In this document: in pieces, positions 56,881 through 64,000 of the stretch
How positions within the stretch are numbered: position 1 is the stretch's first letter
How the letters are laid out: the number at the start of each line of letters is the position of its first letter
Source: a phage
Reading direction: 5' to 3' (one strand)
Sequence record: PZ445530.1
Length of the DNA: 64,000 nucleotides
Notes under the pieces: model-generated
What the model was told of the DNA's origin: nothing
Databases searched by the model: none
The model's input: only the letters and a program-made list of their open reading frames with translations
Program-made: the position numbers and the translations under genes

Positions 56881-56898
56881 TTTTTTAACTGAATTATC

Positions 56899-56925
56899 AA
56901 GGGGCTTAGGCCCCTTTCTTTTTGT
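56899..56925 (+). terminator. intrinsic terminator ending the plus-strand small-gene block
   Basis: AAGGGGC-TTAG-GCCCCTT hairpin followed by TCTTTTTG. Confidence 0.6.
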
Positions 56926-57529
56926 CTGCTCTTCTCCTACCATAAACGGCCCTACCTGGCAAGTGGAATAATTGACTAGCCATCAATCCCACATACTGTA
57001 CAAATATACATGGAAAATAACTATTGCATAATTTTTCATTGTGTGGTAGCAAGTCCATTTTTACCCGTTTTCTCTCCCAAAAGTGCACGTAATGCCGCTA
57101 TTGCACAAATTTTAACCTGATGCACATCTCCAATATCTTGTCAACAACTAAAAATCTTTATAAGTCATACACTTACACAGCATCGAAAGCGTGTTCTACG
57201 CGAAAAATCGAGTATAACTATAGCCGCCAGATCTCAGAATTCACGTACGCACGCCATTCTATAGCCTGCAAAGTATTTATTCCAACCACAGAATAACGGA
57301 ATAGTCAATACCTGCATAAAATAATTATTCGTGCAAACTGCATAACATAAATCAGCTCAGGTGTCAACATTTTTCGTAAACAGTCCGAAATTATAACGAT
57401 GAGTTATCATAAACAGAGAAATCTTTAGTCGTCTAATGTTTACTGTACATTACTATACTGACTGGAATCATTAGATGACTAAGAGAAAGATAAGAAATAA
57501 TTAATAATGTAATTATTTTACCTGTAACA

Positions 57530-57791
57530 ATAAGGCAACTATGCAAACGAATGGCATGGCGCGACGGAGTCGCGACATAATATAAAAGCAGTAACCATCA
57601 CCCCCGTGATAGTTTGTCTGCAAACTATTAATCAGATCATAGTTGCCTTGTATTTAGTTAATCATGACATAACAAGCAAGGCAACTATAGATCTGCTAAT
57701 AGTTGCCCTGCTTTTATATTATGTCATGCTAATTATAATCAGTGCGATTATTGTCATGTATAATTATTGTCATGCAAACGAATGGCATGGC
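57530..57791. repeat. repeat cluster: 20-nt perfect direct repeat ATGCAAACGAATGGCATGGC (57541-57560, 57772-57791) and four alternating AGTTGCC/GGCAACT copies
   Basis: Direct repeat 231 bp apart; AGTTGCC-family at about 57534, 57641, 57680, 57701; palindrome CGCGAC-GGA-GTCGCG at 57562-57576. Confidence 0.6.
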
Positions 57792-57800
57792 TGATTATCG

Positions 57801-57890
57801 GTGTGTAAACAGTCAATCATGTAAATGGTTAGCATGTGAACAATCAGGAATGTAAACAATCCAGTGTGTAAACTAATAGGTGTGTAAAAG
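57801..57890. repeat. iteron-like array: six copies of TGTAAAC-like heptamer at 15-16 bp spacing
   Basis: TGTAAAC 57804, TGTAAAT 57820, TGTGAAC 57836, TGTAAAC 57851, TGTAAAC 57867, TGTAAAA 57883. Confidence 0.6.
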
Positions 57891-58439
57891 TGTCATGTTG
57901 TGTCAGTTAGGTCACATTATGTCAGACAAGTTTTTCTCCTCTTTGTCAAGTGCTGCATGAAAAATTTACAAACTGGTATGGTAGCATTTTTGCGGCCCTG
58001 TTTACATTCAGTAATGTATGTATAATCCTTGTTGTGTGGGCGTTTAGACGTCTAGACGGTTGGAAGTCCACAGGTCAATATCTAATCTATCGGCTGCTAA
58101 CTATATCCCACACAAATAGCAAGAAATATGATTGTTATATGCGTAAACTGTAACTCATGTTATCAATCCCTGTATGGATCGCCAGTGGTGCGCATAATGG
58201 GTATTATGTTAAATTGCCCGTAATGATAACTATTCTCACAATGATAGGTATTCTCATTCATCCACATAAAATAGGTTGCAAATGTTGTGCCACTGTGTGA
58301 ACGGCCTGGCCTATTAATTTGCCTCACTGCCTTGATATTTGAGAATTGTTATAAGAATGAGAAGTATTCCCATTTCGTCCGCCTGGCAGCACTCCTGTAG
58401 GTCAGGTCAAAATCGTGGTAGAATTGGGCCTGTTCAGAT

Positions 58440-58700
58440 ATTTCTGGCTGACTCTTCAGGTCTGTGTGGGAAAAGCCAACCTCTCCGGCGGGGCAGGGGG
58501 TCATGACGGGAAAATTGCAGGTCAATTAAAAATTTACGTGGTGTATGAAGCGCTCTTCAGGTAAGGCATGTATTATGGGATGAAACCCGCTTCAGGCAAT
58601 GATATTTGTGGGTGTGATATTTGCTGGAAAGCCAGATATGACGGGACTCCCGGCGGGGATGGGGTAGTACAGACAGGGAAAATATGAGAATGTAGTTGGG
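58440..58700. repeat. degenerate ~70-bp direct repeats (CTTCAGG...GTGGG...GAAA(A)GCCA...CTCC(C)GGCGGGG...ATGACGGGA) in ORF-free region
   Basis: Ordered shared blocks about 58446-58515 and 58570-58680; no ORF of 60 codons or more on either strand 58154-58776. Confidence 0.45.
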
Positions 58701-59360
58701 GAAATTGATCAGACAGGTAGAGTATGGAATATGTTACAAGTATGTTAAATATGGAGGTTGAATATCTGTAGGATTTGTGTGTAAAATCAAAGACTTAAGG
58801 GGTGTTGTGGTATTTTCTATAAATAATTCAAGTTTAATAGGCAATATTTGTCTCTATCCGTTTTGTGTGGTAAACAGATTCAGATTAGATTGGTTTACAA
58901 GTGTATACATAATATACAAATTAAAGATACAAGAAACCCCCCTCCCCCCTTCGGCTACCATTCACCTTTTCCTCTGACTGGTACTTAAACACTTATTCAG
59001 ACTCTTCAGGTTATCACCCATATATCATATGGCAGTGACTGGTGTCCTCCGGCCCCTCTTTCGTCACCCGTCCGCTTCGCCATGCTAATGCCATAGCCAA
59101 TGGTTCGGTTGTTCACCCTGTTCACTCAGGTGTATCTCCATACCCCTTCAAACCGAAGAGAACAGAAAACCCGAATTACTCGGTAAAAGAAAAGAGAAGA
59201 ACTTAATTTTATCAGGATAGGCAAGAATGTCAAGGCATGACTGCTCACTAAACAAGCAAACAGTCATGTGTGGAAGGTAAGTGATTGTGGTGGTGGGAAA
59301 TTTAGTTGAAAGATGTGTTATAGGTGCTTCCAGCACTTTAGCCGGGCAGCTAATTGTGTG

Positions 59361-59576
59361 TCAGTCCAGCGGTTCATCCTCTACTTCACTGAAATCAATG
59401 TTCATGGTCTCTTCCCAACCATCGATCTCAGCACAAGAGTGGAGTTCTTTAGGGTTTACTCCCAAAGCCTCAGCAACAGAGTCTATATTTAACACCTCTG
59501 GCAGGTATGATTCATCGAATTCAAGGTAAATCAGGCCACGAGTGTTGTCAGCTCCACCAAATATTTCTATCTTCAT
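59361..59576 (-). CDS. small acidic protein (71 aa)
   Basis: GAGGAG RBS upstream of ATG on minus strand. Confidence 0.5.
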   Translation of the reverse strand: MKIEIFGGADNTRGLIYLEFDESYLPEVLNIDSVAEALGVNPKELHSCAEIDGWEETMNIDFSEVEDEPLD

Positions 59577-59697
59577 GAAATCTCCTCTGGAAATGAGAGT
59601 GTGAACAGGGTTTTATACGTTCCGATGCACAGGAATTATGCACGTTTGCCTCTTCAGGCCATGCTTTAGCATGAGGAACCTGTGTGGGCTCGGTGCT

Positions 59698-59910
59698 TCA
59701 TAGTCTACCACCCCTGAACTCTTCGTGCTCAGGCATAATAGAGAACCAGATATCTACGATGTCTTCCCACGTTAGGTCATCAGCCTCAGGATCTACCTGG
59801 AGCGAAGATGGAGAATCTTCAGAATCTAAGTTTTCCTCTTTCACTGGCTCAGCCAAGGGACATATAGTCACTCCTTTGGATGTCTCTTCAGATGCATGTG
59901 TGTTTATCAT
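59698..59910 (-). CDS. small acidic protein (70 aa)
   Basis: ORF in track with upstream GGGTGG. Confidence 0.45.
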   Translation of the reverse strand: MINTHASEETSKGVTICPLAEPVKEENLDSEDSPSSLQVDPEADDLTWEDIVDIWFSIMPEHEEFRGGRL

Positions 59911-60270
59911 GTTCCACCCGTGAGTATTCCGGCAACAGCCGCTATGGACGTAATGATCATCAGGATCACCACTAAAACTTCGGACAATGTTCTCATTGTG
60001 TACTCCATATTCTACAAACTATGTGTGGATACTATCACTGGATCGGTAATGTGTCAACAGAAACGCCGCGAGGGTTTGGTTAAAATCCGAGCGTATGGTG
60101 ATTTGGGTCAAAACGGACGTGCGTTCTCGCTACGCTCGAAATACGGAGTTGTTTGTAGGGAGCTCTTAAACGCTCTGTAATGAGATTAACTGCCCAAGGT
60201 ATGCAATCGTGCACCAGATAAAGAAAAGGACGCCACAGAGCGTCCTAGGTGTCTTAAATTTGATATTTTG

Positions 60271-60582
60271 CTATACCCACGAGGGCTTATCAAGGTTGGA
60301 GTAGCTGAAAGGTGTCAAAAGGTGACTGTCAAAATCTCTCAAACTATCCAAATCTTTTTCCTCGTCCTGACACCATCTGTGCCTACATTTGTTGTTGTAG
60401 TGCATGGAATGCATAGCGTTCTGCAACTTAACAGGCACAAGTGATTCAGGAGTAGATAGTATTGTTGGGTATGCCAGAACCACCTCAAACAGTGGAAACA
60501 CATCGAAACTAAAGTCTACCTCTGCAGAGGTTGATGGCATGTAGGAGTATTTAGCCGCCTTTGTAGACATAATCCACCTCAC
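60271..60582 (-). CDS. hypothetical protein (103 aa)
   Basis: RBS gaggtgg. Confidence 0.5.
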   Translation of the reverse strand: MRWIMSTKAAKYSYMPSTSAEVDFSFDVFPLFEVVLAYPTILSTPESLVPVKLQNAMHSMHYNNKCRHRWCQDEEKDLDSLRDFDSHLLTPFSYSNLDKPSWV

Positions 60583-60911
60583 ACAGGTTTGATAATACCT
60601 TCACCGAATAGCTCTTCGTATCTAATCTTGTCCGGATCCCACTCCTGGATAATTTCGAAGACAATATCCAACCCAGGAACAATCACTTCTCCAGTGTCAA
60701 GCTTAGCAAGAACAAAACCGGAAGGTTGAATGGTTTCCCAGTTACGGCGATCAGAATAAAATACTTCGAAAATATCACCAACCTCAATCCGTTTCTGTTG
60801 CTCAAGATGCTCAAGGTTCTCTTTCATACGGATGCAGCGTATTTTTCGTGCAGGCCATAGACCACCTGCATCACGTTCATTCAATTCTTTTACAGTGATC
60901 GGTATACCCAT
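60579..60911 (-). CDS. hypothetical protein (110 aa)
   Basis: RBS aaggag; overlap with downstream gene. Confidence 0.5.
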   Translation of the reverse strand: MGIPITVKELNERDAGGLWPARKIRCIRMKENLEHLEQQKRIEVGDIFEVFYSDRRNWETIQPSGFVLAKLDTGEVIVPGLDIVFEIIQEWDPDKIRYEELFGEGIIKPV

Positions 60912-60938
60912 CTCAAATCTCCTTCATAGATAGTAAAA

Positions 60939-60965
60939 AGAGGGGCCCAAGCCCCTCTTTTTGTC
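60939..60965 (-). terminator. intrinsic terminator (hairpin flanked by A- and T-runs, potentially bidirectional)
   Basis: AGAGGGGC-CCAA-GCCCCTCT with AAAA upstream and TTTTT downstream. Confidence 0.55.
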
Positions 60966-60966
60966 A

Positions 60967-61272
60967 TTATTCTACAGAGCGTTTGAACAGAATGTCTGCC
61001 TCGGACATGTGCTCAACCTCTTCTTCGATTTTAGCTCGACGTTTTTCAGCCTCATAGCGAATATCGAACTCGGTAGCCACCAGAGATTTGATGAATTTAG
61101 GAGAATACAGGTGATCCTGCTTCTCAACGAGAATGATATCCTTAATGGCATCTTTCAGATCTTTAATCTGAAGTTGGAGTTCCACCAGTTCTTCGATTGT
61201 CTTGCGAAGGCGATCACGCTCTGCAGTGTCAGAAGGAAGAGAGGTGAACAGTTCAACTTTAGATTTAGCCAT
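60967..61272 (-). CDS. hypothetical coiled-coil-like protein (101 aa)
   Basis: RBS aaggagac. Confidence 0.5.
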   Translation of the reverse strand: MAKSKVELFTSLPSDTAERDRLRKTIEELVELQLQIKDLKDAIKDIILVEKQDHLYSPKFIKSLVATEFDIRYEAEKRRAKIEEEVEHMSEADILFKRSVE

Positions 61273-61300
61273 AGTAAGAGTCTCCTTATGTTGTTTTAAA

Positions 61301-61553
61301 TTAACGTTCTACAAAAATACCGTTCAGTTCAATAACCAGGAATTTCTGGTCTTCACTGTCGTCTCGTGCCAGCACCTCACAGACGTATCGGTCATCTCCA
61401 TCATCATCGCAGTCAAATACAAGACTGAGGACTTTATCATGATAAACCTTCGCCACTACCGCCTCGTAAGTATTGCCGATTGTGAATCCAAGATAATCTC
61501 CGATGCATTTGACAACAACATGGTCGCCAGCATTCAAGTCAATCTTCGTCATT
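61301..61553 (-). CDS. hypothetical protein (84 aa)
   Basis: ATG at 61553 preceded by aggagcg; internal start of track ORF 61301-61618. Confidence 0.45.
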
Positions 61554-61707
61554 ACTGCGCTCCTTGGGTAATAATACTGTATGTAAAACTTTAACCAGAG
61601 ATGTGAATAACGCCCCAAAACACACCGATAGCGCTAAAACAGACAAGGCCATCATTAAAGCTTCAGTAAAATCAGTCACTCCTCACCTCTTGTTAGTCAC
61701 TATACTG

Positions 61708-61971
61708 TCATTTATCCTTGCCGTCAAGAACTTTTTTAAATCTTTCAGGGATATCGCCTGTTCTTAGATAGCTCATGACCTCACAAGGTTCCCACTTGAA
61801 TTTCTTACAAAGCAGGGCGGCTGAGATTGTTTCATTGCGAAAAGAAAGGATATTAATATCCCATTCTGAGAACCCCAACTTCCGAAGGGTAGCTACAGAA
61901 ATCCTCACCGCAACCCAGCAGCAAAAACATGCAACAAACGCCACTGCTATAACCCACATCAGGATGTTCAT
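61708..61971 (-). CDS. small membrane protein (87 aa)
   Basis: RBS gaggtg; N-terminal hydrophobic MNILMWVIAVAFVACFCCWVAV. Confidence 0.5.
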   Translation of the reverse strand: MNILMWVIAVAFVACFCCWVAVRISVATLRKLGFSEWDINILSFRNETISAALLCKKFKWEPCEVMSYLRTGDIPERFKKVLDGKDK

Positions 61972-62060
61972 ACAAGCACCTCACTGAAATACAAGACACA
62001 GTGTTAAGGTTACAGACCAGCAAATAATTAACAGTGCCGTTGCAACCTTGGCAAGATTTA

Positions 62061-62348
62061 TCATAGTGCCTCTAAGATTTCATATCCTTCGGGTCGGAAT
62101 ACAAGCCACTCCGTGGCTCCGTTTGGTCGATACGTTTTATACAGAACAACCTGATCTCGGCACATGCACATAGCTACATAGTTTTCATCCACACCTGCAG
62201 CCTGCATTGCAGCTTCTTCTCCGGCAACTGCTTTGCTTACAACCTCCTTAGTAGGCAGGTGTGCGATCAGCTCGTCACCATCATTAATTCCAAAATGGCT
62301 GAGTTCTCCATTGGTATCTTTAATCTTAATCTTAACCAGATCTTTCAT
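62061..62348 (-). CDS. hypothetical protein (95 aa)
   Basis: RBS ggaggaag. Confidence 0.5.
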   Translation of the reverse strand: MKDLVKIKIKDTNGELSHFGINDGDELIAHLPTKEVVSKAVAGEEAAMQAAGVDENYVAMCMCRDQVVLYKTYRPNGATEWLVFRPEGYEILEAL

Positions 62349-62400
62349 TAGTCTTCCTCCAGGTTCAAAGGCCCTAAGATTTCATATGCCAGATTAGAAG

Positions 62401-62679
62401 TTACCAGAGGGTCTTCTGCATCTTTAGTATTATACCACCCGTGAATAACCAGAGTCCCACACTCTGTTTCATATCTAACTGGAACTGTTCTGCAGTTTCC
62501 TCATCCATCTCTAAGATCTCCATAAGGTACTTGATGTTAGGAAGGTATGCAGCTGTTACAGTTCCCTCTACCAGACCTTCGGGCCAACCTACATCCGGAT
62601 GACAAGTAGGAACCAGATTAGTCAGCTTAATAGTGTACGCTTTTTCTGCACGAGCCTTCAGTAACGGGTCAATCTTCAT
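62401..62679 (-). CDS. hypothetical protein (92 aa)
   Basis: RBS gaggagg; overlap with upstream gene. Confidence 0.5.
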   Translation of the reverse strand: MKIDPLLKARAEKAYTIKLTNLVPTCHPDVGWPEGLVEGTVTAAYLPNIKYLMEILEMDEETAEQFQLDMKQSVGLWLFTGGIILKMQKTLW

Positions 62680-63029
62680 TATTCGTCCTCCTCTTCGGTG
62701 CCTGCTTCCAGTAATAAGTTAAGAATATCTTCTGCACAAGGCTCATAGAACTCTTGGCCTTCATTATCAATGATTTTGTAGTCATCTCCACGAATAATCA
62801 GGGGATCACTCTCAAAATTATCGAGACCTTTAACAACGACAACACGATCGATTGCCATCATTGTAAGAACTTTATCGACATCTTCCTCTGCTACACCATA
62901 CTGCAGCAGAATGTCTTTGGTAGGAGGAACAGCATCCACCACAACGCCGTTACCAAAACCTTCCGGAAGTTTAGCTAAAATATCTTCCGGAACCACATTC
63001 ACATCAAAACCGGTAATTTCTACTTTCAT
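62679..63029 (-). CDS. hypothetical acidic protein (116 aa), paralog of 63030-63290
   Basis: Shares VN(V/I)..E(D/L)I..(K)..GFGN pattern with neighbour. Confidence 0.5.
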   Translation of the reverse strand: MKVEITGFDVNVVPEDILAKLPEGFGNGVVVDAVPPTKDILLQYGVAEEDVDKVLTMMAIDRVVVVKGLDNFESDPLIIRGDDYKIIDNEGQEFYEPCAEDILNLLLEAGTEEEDE

Positions 63030-63290
63030 TTACAGCACCTCTTCGTCAACTACTTCATAAAAATGGCCTGGGATTGCAATAGCGTTCTCACCTTCACCTA
63101 CAAACACAGTTCCGTCAAGAATCAACATCATAAGAATTTCTGTAATATCCTCTTCCGGAACGTTGCCAAAACCTTTAATCAGCTCGTAGGTTGGAATATT
63201 TACCTCTAAGATGTCACCATCTTTAGAACGGAAATCAACACCGTCCTGAATCTCTGCCGTTTCAAGGTTTTTCAATTTAATCTTCATCAA
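63030..63290 (-). CDS. hypothetical protein (86 aa), paralog of 62679-63029
   Basis: RBS aggagac. Confidence 0.5.
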   Translation of the reverse strand: MMKIKLKNLETAEIQDGVDFRSKDGDILEVNIPTYELIKGFGNVPEEDITEILMMLILDGTVFVGEGENAIAIPGHFYEVVDEEVL

Positions 63291-63366
63291 TCGGTCTCCT
63301 GTCTTGTTAAGATGAAGGTATTATTTCACACAGGGTTGGCGTTGTCAACACCTGTGTGCAAGAAAA

Positions 63367-63762
63367 TTACTGAAACAGTGCGGATAAATTACCTTCTGGT
63401 GGGAACTTATCTGCCAAAAACGGTGTTAGCACAGTAGCCTTCTGAAGATCTGGGGTCCACTCGTTGTTCAGAACATCCCAGTAGTACGCAATGTTGCTGT
63501 GTGGGTGCCGCATTACGAACTTTTTCCCTTCGTAGTCATCTGAAACCTCTACAGAAGAAATAACAACAGAATCTTCAAGGGTTTCTTCATAGAAAGATCC
63601 ACCTTCAAATTTCCAACGAGATGCAAGAGCCCCTGCCTTGAACGCTGCAGATAACGGACTGTCGGCAAGAACATACATTTCTTGCACTCTGTCGCTGCGA
63701 TCTTTGCTTCTTACGTTGTATACAGTATCTGAGCTATACTCAACACGGTATAGGCTTACCAT
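63367..63762 (-). CDS. hypothetical protein (131 aa)
   Basis: RBS gaggaggtg. Confidence 0.5.
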   Translation of the reverse strand: MVSLYRVEYSSDTVYNVRSKDRSDRVQEMYVLADSPLSAAFKAGALASRWKFEGGSFYEETLEDSVVISSVEVSDDYEGKKFVMRHPHSNIAYYWDVLNNEWTPDLQKATVLTPFLADKFPPEGNLSALFQ

Positions 63763-64000
63763 TACCGCACCTCCTCAATAACTTCCACATCTGAACCTAC
63801 CGCAAATGCAAAAGGACAGGTTTCATGAAAGATATCCGGATCGCCGCCAAGCTTGCTAACAATTTCTCCACCACTAATAAACACAAGCTCACCGATATTC
63901 ATCAGATTGCTGAAATAGTACCCATAATGATTAAAGAATGCAGCAGGGTCAGGTAGACTAGTAGCCTCAAGCACTACATCGGTTGAGGTTACTTTCTTAT
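63762..64000 (-). CDS. hypothetical protein, 5' end probably beyond window (partial)
   Basis: Frame stays open to window edge; track start at 63974 is a GTG. Confidence 0.4.
   Translation of the reverse strand, partial: KKVTSTDVVLEATSLPDPAAFFNHYGYYFSNLMNIGELVFISGGEIVSKLGGDPDIFHETCPFAFAVGSDVEVIEEVR

Noticed and set aside
57801-57890. Regularly spaced repeats as a possible CRISPR array
   Set aside because: Repeat unit is only about 7 nt with 15-16 bp period, far shorter than CRISPR repeats and spacers; no cas genes. Interpreted as iterons.
57950-58153. 67-aa hydrophobic ORF inside the 57-59 kb region
   Set aside because: No recognisable RBS or promoter context and embedded in repeat-rich sequence; more likely chance ORF in AT-rich DNA.

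Overview
This 64 kb window reads as a densely packed segment of a virulent tailed dsDNA phage (Caudoviricetes) with enterobacterial-style expression signals (TTGACA/TATAAT promoters, AGGAG ribosome-binding sites); I cannot assign it to a named phage from sequence alone. Layout: (1) 1-13.4 kb, plus strand, tail-fibre block with two paralogous fibre genes, a lambda-Tfa-like assembly chaperone and an 1875-aa virion protein; (2) 13.4-20.1 kb, minus strand, small genes plus a VWA/HExxH protein; (3) 20.4-47.1 kb, plus strand, replication and DNA-metabolism genes (AAA+ ATPase, SleB-like hydrolase, rIIA-like, Dda-like helicase, frameshifted amino-methyltransferase, C5-methyltransferase-like protein, primase-helicase, family A DNA polymerase, a protein ending in the SSB tail DDDIPF, a TARG1/DarG-like macrodomain protein); (4) 47.1-48.1 kb, ORF-free repeat region; (5) 48.1-56.9 kb, about 25 very small genes driven by 13 stereotyped promoter / 5' hairpin / CA-rich leader cassettes and 3 copies of a palindrome-embedded promoter; (6) 56.9-59.3 kb, a 2.4 kb ORF-free region with iteron-like and inverted repeats; (7) 59.4-64 kb, minus-strand small genes. 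The best-supported unusual feature is a group I intron carrying an HNH homing endonuclease inside the DNA polymerase gene: all four P/Q/R/S core elements are present and splicing rebuilds the polymerase HDE motif. The best candidates for something undescribed are the cassette-driven small-gene island and its two flanking repeat regions, together with the macrodomain and SSB-tail proteins as likely host-interaction or anti-defence factors. Three apparent frameshifts all fall in short A-runs and may be sequencing indels. All calls rest on motifs read by eye; no database search was run.
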